Shown here: positions 45,338 to 57,286 of the stretch, piece after piece
Layout of the letters: every line of letters starts with the position of its first letter
Position numbering within the stretch: position 1 is the first letter of the stretch
Assembly (NCBI RefSeq): GCF_032444005.1
Contig: NC_091289.1
Span: 183,210,001 to 183,272,735 of the forward strand
Length of the DNA: 62,735 bases
Origin: Ranitomeya imitator
Taxonomy: Eukaryota
Direction of reading: 5' to 3'
Made by a program: the position numbers and the translations under genes
Notes under the pieces: generated by a model
Told to the model about the DNA's origin: nothing
Seen by the model: only the letters and a program-made list of their open reading frames with translations
The model's database searches: none

Positions 45338-45667
45338 AGGGACACTGTCACCTGAATTTGGAGGGAACAATCTTCAGCCATGGAGGCGGGGTTTTTGTGT
45401 TTTTGATTCACCCTTTCCTTACCCGCTGGCTGCATGCTGGCTGCAATATTGGATTGAAGTTCATTCTCTGTCCTCCGTAGCACATGCCTGCACCAGCAGC
45501 AATCTTACCTTGTGCAGGTGTGTACTATGGAGGACAGAGAATGAACTTCAATCCAATATTGCAGCCAGCATGCAGCCAGCGGGTAAGGAAAGGGTGAATC
45601 AAACACCCAAAAACCCCGCCTCCATGGCTGAAGATTGTTCCCTCCAAATTCAGGTGACAGTGTCCCT
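45338..45667. mobile_element. T2/Kolobok-like palindromic MITE, second copy
   Basis: TTAA TSD (45334-45337, 45668-45671); near-identical to 27142-27469. Confidence 0.87.
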
Positions 45668-46119
45668 TTAAGCAATATCTGACACTACTGCTGTGCTGTG
45701 AATTAGGAGCCTGAGCTCCGACCGCTTTTCGGACACCCGGTGTGTAAGGCAGTGACGGCGTAAAATTGGCAAAATTTGTAACACTTTACACTGTAATTCT
45801 GTTAAAAACTGCCGGGTCCCATGGGTGTGACAGACATTGCCGTTATCAGACTGAGCAGGGCCCATTGGGTTCTCTTCGGGCTGATCCCACATTGGAAAGA
45901 GTTGGATGACCCCACCACCCACCACCCAATTAACTTTCAACATTCATGATCTTTTTATTTTATAGACATTGAAAGTCACAAAGGATTGTCTGCAGCGTTT
46001 TCTACAAGAATCTGCTCAGCGCCACGAGGATTTGTGCTTTTTCTTTGCCAGCAGCTGTCACGTTAAACACAACCATGACTTTCCCTAAACAAAGATGGAC
46101 GCCGCGACTTCCGAGGAGT

Positions 46120-46250
46120 GAGCACGTGACCAAAACATCCAGGGCTTTAACGGACCGATAGCGTTCACGTCACTGGAACGCGATTGGTTGATTCTTTAAA
46201 TGTCTAGTTTCTGATTGGTTGAATATCTGAGCCGGCGAATTTGAACTTTA
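46120..46250 (+). promoter_or_regulatory. PIF1 promoter with G2/M-type elements
   Basis: E-box 46123-46128, MYB-like TAACGG 46148-46153, two reverse CCAAT boxes 31 bp apart (46183-46187, 46214-46218), CHR TTTGAA 46240-46245 preceded by a GC-rich CDE-like element. Confidence 0.65.
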
Positions 46251-46261
46251 TATCACGTTTG

Positions 46262-46390
46262 ATGCAGGGATCCGGGGAATCAGAGCCGGAGAGAGAAAGA
46301 AACGAGGCGGCAGCGGGCGGCGGAGCCGGGGACAGGGCGAGACCCGCGGGGCTGATCCGAGTGTGCGAGCCGCCGCGTACAGAAGCCGAG
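46262..46390 (+). other. PIF1: Probable non-coding first exon of PIF1
   Basis: CpG-rich segment just downstream of CCAAT/CHR motifs, ending in donor GAG|GTAAAG at 46390. The coding exon has an acceptor 4 nt before the ATG (47271). The 5' limit is approximate. Confidence 0.55.
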
Positions 46391-47274
46391 GTAAAGCCGC
46401 TGCCAGCAGATCTGTGCATGTAGTGACTGGTGGGGTGTAATGTATCTGTCAGTGCTGGGATGTGACGCCATCAATGGCTCACTGTGGCCACCAGATCTGA
46501 TATGAGCCATGTACATGTCATAGTAAAATTCCTTTCATCCGGCACTTACAGGGATTAATTTGGTAATTGATTAATTTGTCTTTATTTTTAGTGGCATTTC
46601 TGGATTATTAAAGGGGTATTCCACTGTTATGAGTGACCCACTGCTGAGGGTCCCACCACTGGGACTCCAATGGTTCCTGAGATCGGGGCTCTGCAGTGTC
46701 CCACCTGAATGAAGTGATGGTTGGGTATATTCAGCACCGTCCGCTCATTCATTGTCTTTCGGACAGCTGGGAATGGCCGGTGGTCTCCTCAATCCCAGGA
46801 TCCATAGGGACCCAATGGTGGGACCCTCAACAATAGGCCACAACTTACTGTTATTGGAAAGACCCTTTAATAAGACAGAAATTCCACAACAAATGAAGCA
46901 TAAAATGCCGGTAACTTATCTAATTTTCCATCTCTGGTAGAAGCTGCTGTAAAGCCCTCAGAGCACAACTCTGTGATTGATGTGGATGTTGACAGCGGAA
47001 AAATACTGCGTTACTGGGATCTGCCCCTATTAGCTGGTGTTGGTGGTGGGGGTCTCCTTTTGATCATGGTGCCCACCTATTTCTCACTGGACAATTTATC
47101 TATTTTACTCCCTTATATAGCGCCATCATATTCCGCATCACTGTCCCCATTGGGGCTCACAATCTAGATTCCCTATCAGTATGTCTTTGGAGTGCGGGAG
47201 GAAACCCCCAAGGCCATGGGGAGAACACACAAGCTCCTTGCTGAGTGACAACCTTTGCCTCCTCTTTCAGGAAG

Positions 47275-50200
47275 ATGAATCTGGCCGACCACCTGTCCCC
47301 GGAGATCCAGAGCAGCGTCGCCATCGAATATCTGAATGCATCTGGACAGACACTGAAACGTAAAGTCATTCGTAACGCCTTCACCTCGCTGGGACGTAAT
47401 GAATTTCGGGAGCTGGTGCTGAAGGTCAGTGATGGGAAGTTACCCCAAAACTTCATCCTGAGGCAGATCCAGATCTTCACCCGCTTCATTCAAGATGGGA
47501 AGAGCTCCATCGTGCTCCAGCCGGATAATGTCCAGCTGCTGATCTCCAACTGCCCCTCGGACAAACTGAAGCACTTTATGAAAATCTTAATGATTAAGCA
47601 CGAGGCGGGGAAGAGTGAGAAGCCGGTGAATGAGCGCATGCGTCTGCTGTCAGGGCTCCCACGTGTGTTCGAGACCATCAGTCCTGTACAGAAGAAGGAC
47701 TTGGAGCAAGCCAATGAAATGCGAGCAAAACTCAGCAGTCAGACGCCCTTAAAGGGGAAGGGGCTCAGTAACCGTGGAATCAACGCTGCAAACCGATGTC
47801 CACAGAAACGTCCAAGGACGGCATCATCCGAGAACAGTCTGGTAGGTTGCAAGACAGAGCGGCATTCCTTTACTGATCCTGAGTTACATCCTGTATTATA
47901 CCCCAGAGCTGCACTCACTATTCTGCTGGTGCAATCACTGTGTACATACATTACATTACTGATCCTGAGTCACATCCTGTATTATACTCTAGAGCTGCAC
48001 TCACTATTCTGCTGGTGCAGTCACTGTATACATACATTACTGATCCTGAGTCACATCCTGTATTATACCCCAGAGCTGCACTCACTATTCTGCTGGTGCA
48101 GTCACTGTGTACATACATTACATTACTGATCCTGAGTTACCTCCTGTATTATACCCCAGAGCTGCACTCACTATTCTGCTGGTGCAGTCACTGAGTACAT
48201 GCATTACTGATCCTGAGTTACATCCTGTATTATACTCCAGAGCTGCACTCACTATTCTGCTGGTGCAGTCACTGTGTACATACATTACATTACTGATCCT
48301 GAGTTACATCCTGTATTATACTCCAGAGCTGCACTCACTATTCTGCTGGTGCAGTCACTGTGTACATACATTACATTACTGATCCTGAGTTACATCCTGT
48401 ATTATACCCCAGAGCTGCACTCACTATTCTGCTGGTGCAGTCACTGAGTACATGCATTACTGATCCTGAGTTACATCCTGTATTATACTCCAGAGCTGCA
48501 CTCACTATTCTGCTGGTGCAGTCACTGTGTACATACATTACATTACTGATCCTGAGTTACATCCTGTATTATACCCCAGAGCTGCACTCACTATTCTGCT
48601 GGTGCAGTCACTGAGTACATGCATTACTGATCCTGAGTTACATCCTGTATTATACTCCAGAGCTGCACTCACTATTCTGCTGGTGCAGTCACTGTGTACA
48701 TACATTACATTACTGATCCTGAGTTACATCCTGTATTATACTCCAGAGCTGCACTCACTATTCTGCTGGTGCAGTCACTGTGTACATACATTACATTACT
48801 GATCCTGAGTTACATCCTGTATTATACCCCAGAGCTGCACTCACTATTCTGCTGGTGCAGTCACTGAGTACATGCATTACTGATCCTGAGTTACATCCTG
48901 TATTATACTCCAGAGCTGCACTCACTATTCTGCTGGTGCAGTCACTGTGTACATACATTACATTACTGATCCTGAGTTACATCCTGTATTATACCCCAGA
49001 GCTGCACTCACTATTCTGCTGGTGCAGTCACTGAGTACATGCATTACTGATCCTGAGTTACATCCTGTATTATACTCCAGAGCTGCACTCACTATTCTGC
49101 TGGTGCAGTCACTGTGTACATACATTACATTACTGATCCTGAGATTAAAATGTTACTTTTCAGCTTCTTCCATAAACACAAGACACTGGACACCAAGTAC
49201 ATTTATTTACTGTCTGATGAGTAGAATTCCAGAACTGCAGTGCATAGTGTCACCTCTATCTGTTTCATGTCTCGGACCTCAGGAAAGGTCAGAATTGGCT
49301 GTGAGTAGATCTATTGATCTATGTTGTATTTTACATAACTTCAGTATTTGATTTGTAGATTTCTGAGCTCCGTCCCAGTAAGAAGCCGACTCTGACCATG
49401 CCCCGCCAGCTGCATCTCTCCACTGAGCAGTCCATGGTTCTCAGCACCGTCCTCAGCGGGAAGAATGTGTTCTTCACAGGAAGCGCAGGTCGGTGCAGAC
49501 GACTTCTAATTATTGATTTATAGCAAAGAAATATATCACCAACTACTTTTAGATATAAATATTATTTTTATTTTGTATATTTTTTTCTAGTTGTCTTGAT
49601 TCGTCCTGCAGTGTGAAGAATGGAGGCTTTTATTATATCTTGATCTGTGAACTTCTGATCCATTCTTAATATATTATCTTTCTCCTTATTTCCAGGCACA
49701 GGAAAGTCTTATCTGCTGAAGAGGATTATCGGGGCTCTGCCCCCTAAAAGCACTTATGCCACAGCAAGTACCGGGGTGGCAGCCTGTCATATTGGCGGCA
49801 CCACATTACATGCCTTTGCAGGTGAGAATTAACCTAATAACTGGTGCATCAATCCATTAGAGGTTTTTTTTTAATATATATATCTCAAACACACATATAT
49901 CTGCGATGGCCTATGGGGGGAGCTATCCTGGTGCATCACTGAAAGGTCTTCATGGCATCTACAATGGCCTGCATCAGCTATAGAGACACATGATAAGATT
50001 GGTTCCACCTGCAGCAACACTAGGGGGAGCTCTTTGCATACATCTAAATGTGTACATTTTTGCTCCCCCTAGTGGAGCCTTTTATATTACTGTTTTAGCA
50101 ATGATGAATGATGGTAGTTGTCTTCTATGGTCAGATCTTTCCTATGTTTTATCTTGGTTTTAGGGATCGGTTCAGGGAAGGCTCCACTGGAACAATGTGT

Positions 50201-53200
50201 AGACTTGGCCAAGAGGCCGGGGGTCCGTCAGCACTGGATAAGCTGCCGACAGCTGATCATAGATGAGATCTCCATGGTGGAAGGGGAGTTCTTTGATAAG
50301 CTGGAGGCTGTCGCCAGGTATGGAGGCTGCTCTGGTGGGCAGTTTCTGTGTGGGTCGTGTCGAGGCTGAATACTAAGCCGTATTGTCGTCCCTCGCAGGG
50401 CGGTCCGCGGGCGGGATGAGCCTTTCGGTGGGATCCAGCTCATCGTTTGTGGAGACTTTCTGCAACTTCCACCAGTGACTCGGGCCTCAAATCAGACCAA
50501 GTTCTGCTTCCAGGTAGGAATCTTCATTACCATCAATTGGCAGGTTCCAAAGTTTCATCACCCCTCAAAATGTTGCCCCTGACGGGAGCTGAAGTGATGC
50601 ATTGGGGTCCAGTGTCTTTTGTGTTTACGGACAAATGGAAGAAGCTGAAAAGTAACAATTTGTGCCTCTCTGCTAATAACCGGCATCTTGCTGCTCCACA
50701 GACCAAAAGCTGGAGGAGATGCATCAACCTGACCATGGAGCTGACGGAAGTGCGGAGACAGACGGACAAGAAGTTCATCGCTCTGCTGCAGTCGATTCGT
50801 CTGGGCAGGTGAGGGGGAACGGGTCGCTGGGTGCATTGTCGGGGCAGGTGACGGCAAACGGGTTCCTGTGTGCATTGTAGGGGAAGGTGAGAGCAGATGG
50901 GTCCCTGTGTGCATTGTAAGGAGAAGTGAGAGCAGGTGGGTCACTGTGCGCATTGTGGGGGCAGGTGAGGACGGACAGGTCACTGTGTGCATTGTAGGGG
51001 AAGATGAGAGCAGATGGGTCGCTGTGTGCATTGTAGGTGTAGGTGAGGGTGGATGGGTCGCTGTGTGCATTGTGAGGGTGGACGGGTCACTGTGTGCATT
51101 GTGGGGGTAGGTGAGGGTGGATGGGTCCCTGTGTGCATTGTAGGGAGAAGTGAGAGCGGATGCGTCACACTGTGCATTGTGGGGGAAGGTGAGAGCAGAT
51201 GGGTCGCTGTGTGCATTGTAGGGAGAATTGAGAGCAGATGGGTCCCTGTGTGCATTGTAGGGAGAAGTGAGAGCGGATGGGTCCCTGTGCGCATTGTAAG
51301 GAGAAGTGAGAGCAGGTGGGTCACTGTGCGCATTGTGGGGGCAGGTGAGGACGGACAGGTCACTGTGTGCATTGTAGGGGAAGATGAGAGTGGATGGGTC
51401 GCTGTGTGCATTGTAGGGGTAGGTGAAGGTGGATGGGTCGCTGTGTGCATTGTGGGGGTAGGTGAAGGTGGATGTGTCCCTGTGCGCATTGTAAGGAGAA
51501 GTGAGAGCAGGTGGGTCACTGTGCGCATTGTGGGGGCAGGTGAGGACGGACAGGTCACTGTGTGCATTGTAGGGGAAGATGAGAGTGGATGGGTCGCTGT
51601 GTGCATTGTAGGGGTAGGTGAAGGTGGATGGGTCGCTGTGTGCATTGTGGGGGTAGGTGAAGGTGGATGGGTCGCTGTGTGCATTGTGGGGTACGTGATG
51701 GCGGATGAGTCACTGTGTGCGTTGTGGGGACATGTGAGGGTTGACAGGTCTCTGTGCATTGTGGGGGGCAGGTGAGGGCGGACGGGTTACTGTGTGCATT
51801 GTTGGAGGAGGTGAAGGCAGATGGGTTGGTGGGCATGGTGGCGGCTGGTGCATTTTGCAGGGCTAAGACTCAGTTTGCTCTGACAACGTTTCGCTTTTGT
51901 GGCATGCTGGGATTTGTAGTTGCAAAATATTATGATGATGTAGAACCTTTAGAGCCAGACAGACCTATTATTAATCACGATTTTCCAGGTAGCTGTCTCG
52001 AAGTTCGCTCCACACCCATAGGCTGTTCCGTCATGTCAGTGGCAGCAGCGCTTTACTAGTCCGTTTATAAATCCTCATGCTGCCTCGCTATGTTGACTTC
52101 CCCATTAACTGCCCTAAGTGAAGTCTGTATTGTGGCCTATATTAATAGGGACTGAAAAAGATTAAGAATTTTGTAAAAATAGCGCCACCCTCATCAACAG
52201 GTTGTGTATGATACTGCCATTCGTTGCAATGGAGCTGAACTGCAGTACCTAACTCAACCAGTAGATTAAGGTGGTGCTGTTTCTAGAAGAAAGTGGTCTT
52301 ATTTTGCTAATTCTGTACAATCCCTTTATATCACTGGGCACTGAACATTTTGCCATCAGATGCACTGAAGAGGTGACGAGGCAGCTGTTACTGACGGGGA
52401 ACCACAAAATCGAACGGGACGGGATTCTGGCGACGCGGCTCTGCACCCACAAGGACGATGTTGACCTGACGAACGAGCGCAGATTACAGCAACTACCTGG
52501 TATGGATGGGACCCTGATACAGCTGATGGTGGAGCACATGCTGATCAGCCCTTTGTGGGCCACTATCATGGCTGCTGCTTGATAGTGGAGTAACACATGA
52601 CTGCAGGGTCTGACTACACAGTGTGTTAGTAGTCTGTTACCATGGTTACCTTCACAGTTAGTTCATTTTTTTTTTTTTAACTTTGGCTGCGCAATAAGTC
52701 TGCATCGCCTTTTAAGGAACGGGCTATGCGGAGCAGTCCTCCCATCCCCCCTCTGATTGCAGTGATACATGGCGCTCTGTTCTGTCTGCAGGGGAGATGC
52801 ACAAGTACGACGCCCTGGACAGTGACCCGATGCTGGTGAAGACTGTGAACGCGCAGTGTCCTGTCGGGGAGCAGATCCTGCTGAAGAAAGGGGCGCAGGT
52901 GAGCGGACGGCGAGGGCCCCTTCCTGTGCTGGAGCCTTGTCCTTGTGCAGATGCTAAAATCTCTGTTGTCCATGTTGTGGGAGATCAGACTGTAAGCAGG
53001 GACGATCCGAGCTTTACTCTAGGGTCTTCCTTAAGGGTCTCCTGCGGCGCTGAGGACGGCAGATATGTGCACGATTGTCAGGGTTCTGCCGACACAACTC
53101 CCCGTGTGAAAGAAACTGACGCTGGAGATCCCTTTAAAATGTCCATATTCCCACTATATTCTTCTTGTAATGATGGTGTCTTCTACTCCACTCAGCTCCA

Positions 53201-56200
53201 GAGCAGCATTCACAATTCTGCTGAGTACCATTTGGAATTTGTGATGGCCTGTCAGTTTGGTGAACATCCCATAATGCACCATGTGATCTGAATGGGTCCG
53301 TGTTTTCCATTATCAGTACAGACCCCGCTCTCAATCCCCCCCGACCCATACTGTGACTAATCATTCCCACCATGCAATGCAACAGCGCACGCTCTGCAGA
53401 TGCTGAACCAGCAGAGGGGGCAGCAGTAGAATATCCAATATCTGTGGGCCAACAGGAAATCGGCAAAACTGACCGCAGATCTGGTTGTGACTGGAGTATA
53501 AGGCCTCATCAATTTCGTCTGAAGACTTCGCTCCCTTAATTCTCTGATTGCAGGTGATGCTGGCCAAGAATCTGGACGTCGCCCGCGGTTTAGTGAACGG
53601 AGCGCGAGGAGTCATCGTTGGGTTTGAAGGGACAGAAAGACGTAAGTGATAAAGCAAATGCTGAGAATCCATAAGATAATAGTGACACCTGCCCCCAGTT
53701 CTAAAGCGCAGACTGTACTCCCTTCCCTTCCATTACTGAGATAGAAGATTACAGTTGGTGCTTTTAGGATTCTATGGAAGGAGGAGCGAGAGGCCGACAG
53801 ACATTCCGCTGCAAATTCTAAAGCGTCAGTTAAACTTTGAATGACTGGATACAATGTATCTATTCTGGTCGGAGAACACGTCCTATCCATACTGGAGGCC
53901 TCGTCACTAAACTGTCCGTTACCCCACTGCAGCCCTAAATCCAGGCTTCTTGATCCCCTCTGACCTACTGTGTTCAGTCTTCTTTGATTTTCTCATCTTT
54001 TGCTCACAAATTGGAACTTCTTGTTCCTCTCTTCAGCTTTGCCCAAAGTGCGTTTCCTGTGTGGGGTCACGGAGGTCATGAAGCCGGAGCGCTGGGTTAT
54101 TAAGGCTCACGGCGGCGTCCTCCTGAGCCGACAGCAGTTACCTCTGAAGCTGGCGTGGGCCATTTCCATACACAAGAGTCAGGTACGTCGTCCTGCGCCC
54201 AAGGAACGTCCGGTGTGCTGCTGTGTGGCCAATGTCTGATTCGGGATGTTTCTGCAGGGGATGACGCTGGACTGTGTGGAGATCTCGCTGTCCCGTGTGT
54301 TTGAGAGCGGACAGGCGTATGTAGCGCTCTCCAGAGCTCGCAGCTTAGAGGGGCTACGGGTCATGGATTTTGATCCCAAAGCCGTAACTGCCAATCCCTA
54401 TGTTCTCCAATTCTACGCCAGACTGAGGAAGGAGCGAGCGCTGTACCAGGTGAGGGGTAGAAGGACAAGGTGGGGGTATGATCGGGATAGGCTTGCATTA
54501 TAGTAGTTATATTCTTGTGCATAGTGGCAGTATTATAGTAGTTCTATTCTTGTACATAGGGGCAGTATTATAGTAGTTATATTCTTGTACATAGGAGCAG
54601 TATTAGGCCGGAGTCACACTACTGCGAGATACGGCCGAGTCTCGCTGGTTAAAAGCAAGCTCTGGCACCGGAACTCCGGAGCCGAGCGTGCAGCTCCATG
54701 TATTGCTATGCAGCCGCATGCTCCGCTCCGGAGTGCTGGTGCCAGAGCTTGTTTTTTTTTTAAATTCGTTTATTAATTTCAGAATAGACAAACATTGCAC
54801 ATATTACATTTATCATTATTAAACATACTCAGAGCTTGTTTTTAACCTGCGATACTGGGCCGTATCTTGCTGTGTGTGTTCCCGGTCTTAAAGTAGTTAT
54901 ATTCTTGTACATAGGAACAGTATTATAGTAGTTATATTCTTGTACATAGGAACAGTATTATAGTAGTTATATTCTTGTACATAGGAGCAGTATTACAGTA
55001 GTTATATTATTGTACATAGGGGCAGTATTATAGCAGTTATATTCTTGTACATAGGAGCAGTATTATAGTAGTTATATTCTTGTACATAGGGGCAGTATTA
55101 TAGTAGTTATATTCTTGTACATAGGGGCAGTATTATAGTAGTTATATTCTTGTACATAGGAGCAGTATTACAGTAGTTATATTATTGTACATAGGGGCAG
55201 TATTATAGCAGTTATATTCTTGTACATAGGAGCAGTATTATAGTAGTTATATTCTTGTACATAGGGGCAGTATTATAGTAGTTATATTCTTGTACATAGG
55301 GGCAGTATTATAGTAGTTATATTCTTGTACATAGGAGCAGTATTATATAGTTATACTCTTGTAAATAGTGGCAGTATTATAGTAGTCATATTCTTGTACA
55401 TAGGAGCAGTATTATAGTAGTTATATTCTTGTACATAGGAGCAGTATTATAGTAGTTATATTCTTGTACATAGGGGCAGTATTATAGTAGTTATATTCTT
55501 GTACATAGGGGCAGTATTATAGTAGTTATATTCTTGTACATAGGAGCAGTATTATAGTAGTTATATTATTGTACATAGGAGCAGTATTATAGTAGTTATA
55601 TTCTTGTACATAAGGGGCAGTATTATAGTAGTTATATTCTTGTACATAGGGGCAGTATTATAGTAGTTATATTCTTGTACATAGGGGCAGTATTATAGTA
55701 GTTACCGTATATACTCGAGTATAAGCCGAGATTTTCAGCCCAAATTTTTGGGCTGAAAGTGCCCCTCTCGGCTTATACTCGAGTCAAGGTGGGTGAGGGG
55801 GTGAGGGCGCTGAGGTATACTTACCGAGTCCCAGCGATCCTGGCTCTCCCCGCCTGTCCCACGGTCTTCTGTGCTGCAGCTTCTTCCCCTCTTCAGCGGT
55901 CACGTGGGACCGCTCATTAGAGAAATGAATAGGCGGCTCCACCTCCCATAGGGGTGGAGCCGCCTATTCATTTCTCTAATCAGCGGTGCCGGTGACCGCT
56001 GATAGAGGAAGAGGCTGCAGCACCGAAGACAGCTGTCCGGGACAAGGAGCGGGACACCGGGACCAGGTAAGTATGTAATATTCACCTATCCCCGTTCCAG
56101 CCGCCGGGCGCCGCTCCATCTTCCCGGCGTCTCTGCGCTCTGACTGTTCAGGTCAGAGGGCGCGATGACGCATATAGTGTGCGCGGCGCCCTCTGCCTGA

Positions 56201-57286
56201 TCAGTCAGAGCAGAGAGACGCCGGGACGGGACGCTGGGAGCTGCAAGCAAGAGAGGTAAGTATGGCTTTTTTTTTTTTATTGCAGCGGCAGTAGCGGCAC
56301 AGATTTATGTGGAGCATCTATGGGGAAATATGAATGGTGCAGAGCACTATATGGCACAGCTATGGGGCAATAATGAACGGTGCAGAGCACTGTATGGCAC
56401 AGCTATGGGGCAGTATGAACGGTGCAGAGCACTGTATGGCACAGCTATGGGGCAGTATGAAGGGTGCAGAGCACTATATAGCACAGCTATGGGGAAATAA
56501 TGAACGGTGCAGAGCACTATATGGCACAGCAATGGGGAAATAATGATCTATTTTTATTTTTGAAATTCACCGGTAAATGCTGCATTTCCACCCTAGGCTT
56601 ATACTCGAGTCAATAAGTTTTCCCAGTTTTTTTGTGGCAAAATTAGGGGGGTCGGCTTATACTCGAGGATATACGGTACATTCTTGTACATAGGGGGCAG
56701 TATTATAGTAGTTATATTCTTGTACATAGGAGCAGTATTATAGTAGTTATATTCTTGTACATAGGAGCAGTATTATAGTAGTTATATTCTTGTACATAGG
56801 GGCAGTATTATAGCAGTTATATTTTTGTACATAGGAGCAGTATTATAGCAGTTATAATCTTGTACATTGGAGCAGTATTATAGCAGTTATATTCTTGTAC
56901 ATAGGAAGTATTATAGTAGCTATATTATTGTACATAGGGGCAGTATTATAGTAGTTATATTTTTGTACATAGGAGCAGTATTATAGCAGTTATATTCTTG
57001 AACATAGGAGCAGTATTATAGCAGTTATATTCTTGTACATAGGAGCAGTATTATAGTAGTTATATTCTTGTACATAGGAAGTATTATAGTAGTTATATTC
57101 TTGTACATAGGAAGTATTATAGTAGCTATATTATTGTACATAGGGGCAGTATTATACTATATTGTAGTTGTTGGTACTGGCCTTATTAATAAGGTATACA
57201 TGTGTTTAATCTAAAAATTATGGTTCTTTGTTTTCCCCCTCTCGCAGACATGTCTGGATCCTTACCTGGTGGACAAGGAGAATTGA
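47275..57286 (+). CDS. PIF1: ATP-dependent 5'-3' DNA helicase PIF1, 636 aa, 12 coding exons
   Basis: Exons 47275-47841, 49359-49488, 49696-49821, 50164-50317, 50399-50513, 50702-50808, 52360-52499, 52792-52898, 53554-53641, 54037-54182, 54258-54449, 57248-57286 total 1911 nt. Motifs: Walker A GSAGTGKS, Walker [48 protein letters not shown], plus the N-terminal LGRNEFREL domain. The last exon ([12 protein letters not shown]) is less certain. Confidence 0.95.
47872..49143 (+). repeat. 81/86-bp tandem array, first coding intron of PIF1
   Basis: About 15 units alternating 86- and 81-bp variants, starting 30 bp after the donor. Confidence 0.95.
50809..51830 (+). repeat. 39-bp G-rich minisatellite beginning at a PIF1 splice donor
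   Basis: First unit is GTGAGGGGGAACGGGTCGCTGGGTGCATTGTCGGGGCAG; about 26 units. Confidence 0.92.
54606..54887. mobile_element. Harbinger-like MITE containing a short retro-insertion
   Basis: TTA-GGCCGGAGTCACAC ... GTGTGTTCCCGGTC-TTA. Confidence 0.65.
55705..56676. mobile_element. pogo/Tc2-like non-autonomous element (TA TSD) with an internal ~45-bp repeat
   Basis: TA-CCGTATATACTCGAGTATAAGCC ... GGCTTATACTCGAGGATATACGG-TA. Confidence 0.8.

Larger units (their letters stand above)
54497..57160. repeat. ~35-bp minisatellite (TATTATAGTAGTTATATTCTTGTACATAGGAGCAG) filling the last PIF1 intron, interrupted by MITEs
   Basis: Direct reading. Confidence 0.94.

Noticed and set aside
47842-48129. C-terminal extension of the 294-aa PIF1 ORF
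   Set aside because: Read-through past the donor at 47841 into the 86-bp satellite; not part of the spliced protein.
32778-49143. CRISPR-like appearance of regular repeats
   Set aside because: Eukaryotic context, no unique spacers, no cas genes.
47275-57286. PIF1 as a Helitron or other TE-borne helicase
   Set aside because: It has the vertebrate N-terminal domain, host-type exon structure and a cell-cycle promoter, and no Rep domain.
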